Part shown: piece after piece, positions 9,739 through 16,943 of the stretch | Layout of the letters: every line of letters starts with the position of its first letter | Numbering within the stretch: position 1 is the stretch's first letter | Assembly (NCBI GenBank): GCA_023135785.1 | Contig: JAGLSL010000034.1 | Location: forward strand, 1 to 43,276 | Direction of reading: 5' to 3' | From: a bacterium | GTDB lineage: Bacteria > CAIJMQ01 | DNA: 43,276 nucleotides | Notes under the pieces: generated by a model | The model's input: the letters and a program-made list of their open reading frames with translations, nothing else | Told to the model about the DNA's origin: nothing | Databases searched by the model: none | Program-made: the position numbers and the translations under genes

Positions 9739-9757
9739 ACAGAAAACAGACGACAGA
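9739..9757. repeat. 19-mer ACAGAAAACAGACGACAGA, copy 1 (rplF-rplR spacer)
   Basis: Exact 19-nt match to 16847-16865. It is embedded in a CAGA/CGAC word tract (9735-9775) followed by the complementary words TGTCTTCTG and CATCTG. Confidence 0.9.
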
Positions 9758-9804
9758 GAACAGAAAAAACGACTGACATCTGTCTTCTGGCATCTGATAA
9801 TATT

Positions 9805-10170
9805 ATGAGTAGAGAACTTAAAGAAAAACGTATAAAGAGAGAAAGAAGACATAGGAAAACAAGGGCAAAAATACACGGGACTTCCCTATGTCCTCGAATA
9901 TGTGTTTTTAGAAGCAATAAGAATATATATGTTAATATGATAGACGATGAGAACAATAAGGTCATGATGACTTTCTCTTCTCTTTCTAAAGAGAGTAAAG
10001 AGGGGAAAATTAATGGCTCTAATGTTAAGGCTGCTGTTTTTGTCGGAGAATTAGCTGGTAAAAAAGCCATAGAAAAAGGCATTAAAAAAGGCATTTTTGA
10101 CAGGAGCGGATATCGATATCATGGAAGAGTAAAAGCTGTGGCTGAAGGTTTAAAGAAAGCCGGGATATAA
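9805..10170 (+). CDS. rplR: 50S ribosomal protein L18
   Basis: RRHRKTRAKI.GT...PRICVFRSNKNIYV..IDD and GYRYHGRVKA.AEG motifs. Confidence 0.96.
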   Translation: MSRELKEKRIKRERRHRKTRAKIHGTSLCPRICVFRSNKNIYVNMIDDENNKVMMTFSSLSKESKEGKINGSNVKAAVFVGELAGKKAIEKGIKKGIFDRSGYRYHGRVKAVAEGLKKAGI

Positions 10171-10189
10171 ATAGAACAAGCGAGGAATT

Positions 10190-10693
10190 ATGGAACATAC
10201 TAAAGGAAAATTTAGATCAAGAAGTGAACAGGTAGGGTTCAAAGAGAAAGTCGTATATATAAACCGTGTAGGTAAAGTAGCTAAAGGCGGAAGGAAAATA
10301 GCTTTCAGCGCAGTTGTGGTGGTGGGGGATGGTAATGGCAAGGTGGGGTGTGGTTTAGGCAAGGCACCCGAAGTAGCGGAAGCCATAAGAAAAGGGATTA
10401 AAATAGCTACAAAAAATATGGTCGAGATTCCCATGAAAGACAATACAATACCTGCTTCGGTTGTAGGGGAATTTATTGCCTCAAGAGTAGTTCTTAGACC
10501 TGCTTTCAAAGGAACCGGTATCATTGCCGGAGCACCTGCTAGAGCAGTTTTGGAACTTGCCGGCATTAAAGATATTCTTACCAAGTCCTTGGGTTCCAAT
10601 AATCCTCTCAATGTAATAAAAGCGACTTTAAACGGACTGCAAAAGATAAAAGAAGATATAGAACGTTATCAGATGAGGATTGAAAATAAATGA
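10190..10693 (+). CDS. rpsE: 30S ribosomal protein S5
   Basis: VVYINRVGKVAKGGRKIAFSAVVVVGDGNGKVG.GLGKA is typical S5. Confidence 0.97.
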   Translation: MEHTKGKFRSRSEQVGFKEKVVYINRVGKVAKGGRKIAFSAVVVVGDGNGKVGCGLGKAPEVAEAIRKGIKIATKNMVEIPMKDNTIPASVVGEFIASRVVLRPAFKGTGIIAGAPARAVLELAGIKDILTKSLGSNNPLNVIKATLNGLQKIKEDIERYQMRIENK

Positions 10694-11328
10694 AATTACA
10701 TAATTTATTACCTCCTTATGGTGAAAAACATAAAGTAAAAAGATTGGGCAGAGGAAATTCTTCCGGAAGCGGTAATTACAGCGGAAAAGGGATGAAGGGA
10801 CAAGGCTCTCGTAAGGGGCGTGGCACTTATCTTGGTTTTGAAGGCGGTCAAATGCCTTTATACAGAAGACTGCCTAAAAGAGGTTTTACTCCTTTAAACA
10901 AAGAAAGATATCAGGAAGTTAATCTTTGTTCTCTTAATAGTTTGAAAGACGAGAAAGAGATAACGCCGGAAATTTTACGAAAAAAAGGTCTTATCAAAAA
11001 AGTAAACGAAAAAATAAAAATTCTTGGAAAAGGGACGCTTGAACTAACACTTGTCGTAAAAGCCCACAAATTCAGTCGCAAAGCAAAAGAAGAAATAGTT
11101 AAAAAAGGCGGCAAAGCTATAGAGATAGTATCCTATACATCCAAACCCAAGATAGATAAAGAAGAAGTGGAAAGAAACAAAGTAACGGTAAAAGAATCTT
11201 TAGCAGAAAAAGAGCAAAAGACAAAAGGTAAAGAAAAAACAGAGATAGAGCCGAAAATTATAAAAAGGAAGAAATCTTTAAAAAGTGAAGATAAGGCAAA
11301 AACAAAAGGGAAGAAGAAGGACAAATAG
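10690..11328 (+). CDS. rplO: 50S ribosomal protein L15 with about 65-aa Lys/Glu-rich C-terminal extension
   Basis: KRLGRGNSSGSGNYSGKGMKGQGSRKG and MPLYRRLPKRGF motifs. ATGA overlap with rpsE leaves no room for rpmD. Confidence 0.95.
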   Translation: MKLHNLLPPYGEKHKVKRLGRGNSSGSGNYSGKGMKGQGSRKGRGTYLGFEGGQMPLYRRLPKRGFTPLNKERYQEVNLCSLNSLKDEKEITPEILRKKGLIKKVNEKIKILGKGTLELTLVVKAHKFSRKAKEEIVKKGGKAIEIVSYTSKPKIDKEEVERNKVTVKESLAEKEQKTKGKEKTEIEPKIIKRKKSLKSEDKAKTKGKKKDK

Positions 11329-11366
11329 AACCTTTTCATCTGTATCCTTAACATAAAAACTAAAAA

Positions 11367-12695
11367 ATGGCTGTAAATCTTGGTGGATTAAGAGATATTT
11401 TTAAGATTCCGGAATTATCAAGACGGATATTTGCGACTTTAGGTTTTCTTGCTCTTTATAGAATGGGAATACATGTCCCTACTCCTGGAATAAATAGCGC
11501 ATCTTTAGCAGATTTTTTTGAGAAAATGAAGGGAACTCTTTTTGGAATGTGGGATCTATTTGCCGGCGGGGCTTTGAGCCAAGCTTCAGTATTTGCTTTG
11601 GGTATAATGCCCTATATCACCGCTTCCATTATCATTCAGATGTTGGTTCCGGTTGTTCCCTATCTGGAAAAAATTTCAAAAGAAGAAGGCGAAGAAGGAA
11701 GAAGAAAAATAGTGCAGTTTACTCGCTACGGTACTATTCTGATTGCGTTAGTACAGTCTTTGGGGATTGCAAAAGTGCTCGAGATGCCGGGCAATTTTGG
11801 AGGAATTGTTATGGTTGATTCTCCAGGATGGGCGTTTAGGATAATGACCATCATAACAATGACTGCGGGAACTACTTTTATAATGTGGATTGGGGAACAA
11901 ATTTCCGAAAAGGGTATAGGTAATGGTATTTCTTTAATAATTTTCGCGGGTATATTAGCGCGTTCTCCAAGCGATGTCCTTAAGACTCTCACACTTGTAA
12001 AAAACAAGCAAATGGGTATTCCTTTATTGATTTTCGTTGTAATCTTTGCGGTAGCAATAGTTGCAGGGATAGTATTAATAACTCAAGCTCAAAGACGAAT
12101 TCCTGTTCAATACGCAAAAAGAGTTATAGGTAGAAAAATATATGGAGGGCAATCCACTTATGTTCCTTTAAGAGTAAATCAGGCAGGAGTTATTCCCATA
12201 ATATTTGCGGTTTCCATAATGCAGTTCCCTGAAACTATAAGCACATTTTTTCTTCGCGGTACTGAATCTAAATTTACAGAAATTTTATCTCTTTTCTCAT
12301 TAAGAAATCCTTTAGGAATGTTTGTTTATGCGCTTTTAATAATTTTCTTTACATATTTTTATACTGCTATGACTTTTAATCCTAATGATATGGCTGATAA
12401 TATAAAAAAACAGGGCGGATTTGTTCCGGGGATAAAGCCCGGTAGAACTACGGCTGATTATTTTGAACGGATAATGTCAAGAATTGCGCTTCCTGGAGGA
12501 TTGTTTCTTGCAGCGATAGCGTTGCTTCCGATGATTCTTGAACGCAAACTTAGTCTCCCTTTTTATTTTGGAGGAACGTCGTTACTCATTGTTGTAGGTG
12601 TTGCACTGGATACAATGGGACAATTGGAATCACATTTATTGATGCGCCAATACAGTGGATTTATTCAAAAAGGCAAGATGAAGAGTAGATATTAA
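11367..12695 (+). CDS. secY: preprotein translocase subunit SecY
   Basis: 442 aa, about 10 TM segments, with GIMPYITASII and ISEKGIGNGISLIIFAGI motifs. Confidence 0.98.
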   Translation: MAVNLGGLRDIFKIPELSRRIFATLGFLALYRMGIHVPTPGINSASLADFFEKMKGTLFGMWDLFAGGALSQASVFALGIMPYITASIIIQMLVPVVPYLEKISKEEGEEGRRKIVQFTRYGTILIALVQSLGIAKVLEMPGNFGGIVMVDSPGWAFRIMTIITMTAGTTFIMWIGEQISEKGIGNGISLIIFAGILARSPSDVLKTLTLVKNKQMGIPLLIFVVIFAVAIVAGIVLITQAQRRIPVQYAKRVIGRKIYGGQSTYVPLRVNQAGVIPIIFAVSIMQFPETISTFFLRGTESKFTEILSLFSLRNPLGMFVYALLIIFFTYFYTAMTFNPNDMADNIKKQGGFVPGIKPGRTTADYFERIMSRIALPGGLFLAAIALLPMILERKLSLPFYFGGTSLLIVVGVALDTMGQLESHLLMRQYSGFIQKGKMKSRY

Positions 12696-12800
12696 ATAAA
12701 CAATTTAAAATTCAAAACGCAAAGTTTTAAAGGACTATAGAAATTTTTGATTTTTAATATGCAATTTTACTATTTGATATTTAATGTTTGATTTAAAGAT

Positions 12801-13454
12801 ATGAAGATATTAATAATGGGGCCTCCGGGCGCAGGAAAAGGTACGATAGCCGAAATGTTGCAGGAAGATTTTGATATTGTTCATCTTTCAAGCGGAGATG
12901 TTTTAAGAAATGCGATAAAAGCAAATAATCCGCTTGGGATAGAGGCTAAATCGTTTATGGAAAAAGGCGTGCTTGTTCCGGATGAAATAATCATAGAATT
13001 AATGAAAGAAAAAATTAATGCGGATGCTTTTGTATTGGATGGCTTTCCGAGAAATTTAGTGCAGGTCAAAAAACTAGAGGATGCAGGCATAAAAATAGAT
13101 ATAGTGCTGAATTTACGGGTAAATGAGGAAACTGTAATTTCTCGTATTTCAGGTAGGCGTATTTGCGCTCAATGTGGCAAGATTTATCATCTTAAAAATA
13201 TGCCTTCCCAAAAAGAGGGCATATGCGATGTTTGTAATGGGAAACTTTACCAAAGAGAAGATGATAAACCTCAGACGATAAAAGAGCGACTTAATACTTA
13301 TAGGGAGCAGACTGAAGAATTGGTAAAATATTATGACGAAAAAAATATACTAGAAAATATAGATGCTGGTGGAAATAAAGAAGCCACTTATGATAGAATA
13401 ACAGGTTTAGAATGGCTAAAAAAGAGAAAATACAAGTTAAAGGCAGGATTGTAG
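12801..13454 (+). CDS. adk: adenylate kinase (zinc-lid type)
   Basis: P-loop [27 protein letters not shown]. The 3' end overlaps infA by 43 nt. Confidence 0.96.
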   Translation: MKILIMGPPGAGKGTIAEMLQEDFDIVHLSSGDVLRNAIKANNPLGIEAKSFMEKGVLVPDEIIIELMKEKINADAFVLDGFPRNLVQVKKLEDAGIKIDIVLNLRVNEETVISRISGRRICAQCGKIYHLKNMPSQKEGICDVCNGKLYQREDDKPQTIKERLNTYREQTEELVKYYDEKNILENIDAGGNKEATYDRITGLEWLKKRKYKLKAGL

Positions 13455-13633
13455 AATCTTTGCCTAATGCATACTTCAGAGTAGAGCTTGAGAATGGACA
13501 TAAGATTTTGGCCCATATTTCTGGAAAAATGAGAGTGCATTTTATACGAATTTTGACGGGAGACGAAGTTACAGTTGAACTTTCTCCTTATGATTTAACA
13601 AGAGGCAGAATAACATATAGGCACAGTAGATAA
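13412..13633 (+). CDS. infA: translation initiation factor IF-1
   Basis: [63 protein letters not shown] is typical IF-1. Confidence 0.97.
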   Translation: MAKKEKIQVKGRIVESLPNAYFRVELENGHKILAHISGKMRVHFIRILTGDEVTVELSPYDLTRGRITYRHSR

Positions 13634-13684
13634 TTTATACTGATATAAAATGATCAGATTGACGAACGAAGTGAGGAGAGGTTC

Positions 13685-13798
13685 ATGAAAGTAAGAGTTT
13701 CAGTTAAAAAAATATGCGGGAAATGTAAACTTATAAGAAGAAGAGGACGTCTTCATATAATTTGTTCTAATCCTGCGCATAAACAAAGGCAGAAATAA
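13685..13798 (+). CDS. rpmJ: 50S ribosomal protein L36 (absent from the ORF track; translated by hand)
   Basis: [37 protein letters not shown] (37 aa, C-x2-C-x12-C-x4-H). RBS GAGGAGAGG upstream. It sits in the canonical infA-rpmJ-rpsM position. Confidence 0.95.
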   Translation: MKVRVSVKKICGKCKLIRRRGRLHIICSNPAHKQRQK

Positions 13799-13800
13799 CC

Positions 13801-14208
13801 ATGGCAAGAATTATGGGTGTTGAAATACCGGATGGAAAAAAAAGCAAAATATCGCTCAGGTATATTTATGGAATAGGGCCTGCTAGGGCTATGTTTATAT
13901 TAAGTTCTACAGGCATAGATCCCGACAAAAAAATAAAAGAACTAAGTGGAGAGGAATTAAGTAAAATAGCCGCAGCAATTCAATCTAACTTTAAGGTTGA
14001 AGGGGCATTGAAACAGGAAATCACAGATAACATAAGAGAACTTTCAAGCATAGGAACGTATAGAGGATATAGACATAAAGTGGGATTACCTGTTCGCGGA
14101 CAAAGAACATCTTGCAATGCACGCACAAGAAAAGGCCCAAAGAAGACTGTTGGTGTTTTAAGGAAAAAAGTGAGAGAAAGAATGTCAGGATCAGATAAAA
14201 AGGGATAA
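13801..14208 (+). CDS. rpsM: 30S ribosomal protein S13
   Basis: MARIMGVEIP..K....SL.YIYGIG and YRGYRH..GLPVRGQRT motifs. Confidence 0.97.
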   Translation: MARIMGVEIPDGKKSKISLRYIYGIGPARAMFILSSTGIDPDKKIKELSGEELSKIAAAIQSNFKVEGALKQEITDNIRELSSIGTYRGYRHKVGLPVRGQRTSCNARTRKGPKKTVGVLRKKVRERMSGSDKKG

Positions 14209-14224
14209 CTAAAAAGGTAAAACT

Positions 14225-14785
14225 ATGGCAGATCCAAAACCAGAAAAAGAGAAGAAAGAAAAATTGACCGAAAAGCAGAAAAAAACTGAAGAGAAAAAAA
14301 AGGTTGAGGCAAATCAAAAAGTTGAACAAGCCAAAGATCCTAAAGTTGTTGCTGAAGAAAAACCGGTTGACGAAGGTAAAATAGTCGAAGAGATTAAAAC
14401 GACTATTAGCAAGGGCAAGAAAAAAAGAAAGAATTTAAAGATTTCCAAAGGCGTTGTTCATATAAAATCGACTTTCAACAACACACTGGTAACAATTGCT
14501 GATTCGCAAGGGAATACTATTGTTTCTTCTTCTTCCGGGGCAGTCGGATTTAAAGGCACAAAAAAATCTACCCCTTTTGCGGCTTCACGTGCCGCAGATA
14601 TTGCGGGCAAAAAAGCTTTGACATTTGGCATGAAAGAAGTAAGTGTTTATATTAAAGGACCTGGGGCAGGAAGAGAAGCGGCTATAAGGTCTTTGGAATC
14701 TGCAGGGCTTACGATAACACTTATAAGAGATGTAACCCCTATCCCGCATAATGGATGCAGACCGCCTAAGAGGAGAAGAGTGTAA
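14225..14785 (+). CDS. rpsK: 30S ribosomal protein S11 with about 57-aa Lys/Glu-rich N-terminal extension
   Basis: The core [12 protein letters not shown]...[12 protein letters not shown]...[16 protein letters not shown] begins near residue 76. No in-frame ATG lies closer to the core. Confidence 0.9.
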   Translation: MADPKPEKEKKEKLTEKQKKTEEKKKVEANQKVEQAKDPKVVAEEKPVDEGKIVEEIKTTISKGKKKRKNLKISKGVVHIKSTFNNTLVTIADSQGNTIVSSSSGAVGFKGTKKSTPFAASRAADIAGKKALTFGMKEVSVYIKGPGAGREAAIRSLESAGLTITLIRDVTPIPHNGCRPPKRRRV

Positions 14786-14786
14786 A

Positions 14787-15428
14787 ATGAGATACAGTGG
14801 ACCTAGTTGTAAATTATGCAAGAAGGCAGAAGAAAAGTTATTTTTAAAAGGATCCAAATGCAATACAGCTACATGTATTATTGCACGCAAAGCAGAAAAA
14901 TCCTATAAAAAAAGTAGAACCAGAAGAACTACTTCCCGAAGAAGAAGGACTAAACTGTCGGATTATGGAATCAGGCTTGCGGAAAAACAGAAACTAAGAA
15001 GAATTTACGGTCTTTCGGAAAAAAGTTTTAGAATAATTTTTGATGTCGCTTCCAAGAAAAAAGGTAATACTGGTGAAGTATTCTTGACCCTTTTGGAAAG
15101 ACGGCTTGATAATGTTATTTTTAAAATGGGTTTTGCAAATTCAAGAGCGCATGCAAGGCAGCTTGTAGGTCATAAATTTTTCATTGTTGGCAAAAGGAAG
15201 GTTAACATTCCTTCATATCTTGTAAAAGAGGGAGAAGTAATTAAATTAGATTCTGCCAAACAAGAAAAATTAAAGAAGACTATATCAACTGAAGCAGAGA
15301 TGGGAGTTCCTCTATGGCTTTCCTCCGATAGAAAAAAATTAGAAGGCAAGGTATTAAGGGATCCCAAACGAGAAGAAATTTCTGTTCCTGTGGAGGAGAA
15401 TTTGATTGTCGAATTTTATTCTCGTTAA
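14787..15428 (+). CDS. rpsD: 30S ribosomal protein S4
   Basis: Start moved to ATG 14787 (MRYSGPSCKLCKK..., the canonical S4 N-terminus with a 4-Cys knuckle), one nt after the rpsK stop. The track start at 14751 would overlap rpsK. Confidence 0.95.
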   Translation: MRYSGPSCKLCKKAEEKLFLKGSKCNTATCIIARKAEKSYKKSRTRRTTSRRRRTKLSDYGIRLAEKQKLRRIYGLSEKSFRIIFDVASKKKGNTGEVFLTLLERRLDNVIFKMGFANSRAHARQLVGHKFFIVGKRKVNIPSYLVKEGEVIKLDSAKQEKLKKTISTEAEMGVPLWLSSDRKKLEGKVLRDPKREEISVPVEENLIVEFYSR

Positions 15429-15486
15429 TCTATTATTTCATTGATCAAAAGATTTTTATAACGGTTTAAAAAGGGGATAGAAAGCT

Positions 15487-16476
15487 ATGGAAGAAAATAA
15501 CAAGATTAAGTTTCTAATTATGCCGGAAAAATTAGAATGGGAAACATTGACCGAATCGTATGGAAAAGTTTTCGTATATTCTCTTGAAAGAGGATTTGCT
15601 ACAACGCTGGGTAATTCTTTAAGGCGAATGCTTCTGTTTTGTATTCCGGGTGCAGCTATAACTTCTGTCAACATAGAAGGTGTCAAACACGAATTTTCAA
15701 GCATACCGGGTGTTTTAGAAGATGTCCCCCAACTTATTGCTAACCTTAAACAGACAATAATAAAAATTCATGATGAAGAAGGCGGTAAAAAAGAACTTTT
15801 ACTTGATGTTCAAGGCGAAGGAGAAGTAAGAGCCGGAGATGTAAAGACTGACAAAGATGTGGAAATACTCAATCCACATCTTCATATTGCTACATTGAGT
15901 AAAGGCAAAAGTTTAAAGATAAGTATTCAAGTTGAAAGAGGTAAGAGTTACATACAAGCTAAAAAAATGCCTGTTGATGCAGATGTGCCGAAAGGAACTA
16001 TAGCTGTCGATGCGCTGTTTTCTCCTGTCCAAAAAGTAGATTTTAAAGTGGAAAACACGCGTGTAGGAGATAGAATAGACTATGAAAAACTAGCCTTGGA
16101 AATCAGGACAAACGGAACGATAACTCCAGATAAAGCATTAGAGTATGCAACGGAAGTTTTGATTAAGCACTACGAATTCATTTTGAATGTTTTAGAGAAA
16201 AAAGATGTCAAAGAAGAGATAGAAGAAGAAATTCTAAAAGAAACTAAAAAAGAAGATAAAAAAGGATTGTTATCTAGAAATCTTTCTGAGTTTGATCTCT
16301 CAGTTCGTTCAATGAATTGTTTGAAAGTTGGGAACCTAAAGACTTTGAACGATTTAGTGAAAAGAAATGAAGAAGAATTGATGCAGATTAAGAATTTTGG
16401 CAAAAAATCTCTTGACGAATTGGGTGATTTGGTTGCTAAACTTGGGCTTTCGTTTAAACAAACAAAAGAAAAATAA
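15487..16476 (+). CDS. rpoA: DNA-directed RNA polymerase alpha subunit
   Basis: 329 aa. NTD GFATTLGNSLRR.LL..IPG.AIT, CTD LSVRSMNCLK...L.DLV. A Glu/Lys-rich linker joins them. Confidence 0.97.
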   Translation: MEENNKIKFLIMPEKLEWETLTESYGKVFVYSLERGFATTLGNSLRRMLLFCIPGAAITSVNIEGVKHEFSSIPGVLEDVPQLIANLKQTIIKIHDEEGGKKELLLDVQGEGEVRAGDVKTDKDVEILNPHLHIATLSKGKSLKISIQVERGKSYIQAKKMPVDADVPKGTIAVDALFSPVQKVDFKVENTRVGDRIDYEKLALEIRTNGTITPDKALEYATEVLIKHYEFILNVLEKKDVKEEIEEEILKETKKEDKKGLLSRNLSEFDLSVRSMNCLKVGNLKTLNDLVKRNEEELMQIKNFGKKSLDELGDLVAKLGLSFKQTKEK

Positions 16477-16491
16477 CACTAATCACAAAAA

Positions 16492-16878
16492 ATGAGACAT
16501 ATTAATAAAAAAAGAAAACTTGGGATGAAGGCGTCTCGAAGAAAATCTGTTTTAAAAAATTTATTCACCTCGCTTCTTGCTTACGGTGAAGTAAAAACGA
16601 CAGAAATAAGAGGCAAAGAATTAGTGAGAGTTGGCAATAGTCTTATAGAAAAAGCGAAAAAGAGTGATTTAGCTTCCCGCAGAAAAGTTTCATCGCATAT
16701 TACCAAAGACACGGTTTCCATAAACTTTTTTCAAGAAATCTTGCCAAAATTGGCTAATCGTACAGGCGGGTATCTTAGATTGTTTAGAGTGGGTATTCGA
16801 AAAGGTGATGGAGCTAAAGTAGTAATGGTGCAGCTGATTACAGACGACAGAAAACAGACGACAGAAGACAGACGATAA
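16492..16878 (+). CDS. rplQ: 50S ribosomal protein L17
   Basis: MRHINKKRKLG...RK..L.NL...L......TT..R.KEL motif. Last gene of the alpha operon. The last ~11 codons (DDRKQTTEDRR) are encoded by the CAGACGACAGA word repeat. Confidence 0.95.
   Translation: MRHINKKRKLGMKASRRKSVLKNLFTSLLAYGEVKTTEIRGKELVRVGNSLIEKAKKSDLASRRKVSSHITKDTVSINFFQEILPKLANRTGGYLRLFRVGIRKGDGAKVVMVQLITDDRKQTTEDRR
16847..16865. repeat. 19-mer ACAGAAAACAGACGACAGA, copy 2 (inside the rplQ 3' end)
   Basis: Exact match to 9739-9757. The word tract continues to about 16910 and is followed by complementary TCTG words and TTTTT (16907-16937). Confidence 0.9.
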
Positions 16879-16943
16879 GAAGACAGAAAATAAACGACAA
16901 GAAAAATCTGTAGTCTGATTTCTGACCTCTGACTTTTTATATC

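Noticed and set aside
12701-12712. The 12-mer CAATTTAAAATT occurs just after the secY stop (12701-12712) and again just after the aminotransferase stop (37397-37408).
   Set aside because: It is a pure AT-rich 12-mer in an AT-rich genome. A single shared copy of this composition is plausibly chance, so it is not reported as a repeat family.
14751-14786. Upstream ATG (14751) offered by the ORF track as the rpsD start.
   Set aside because: It would overlap rpsK by 35 nt and add a non-conserved [12 protein letters not shown] peptide. The ATG at 14787 gives the canonical S4 N-terminus, MRYSGP.C.LC.
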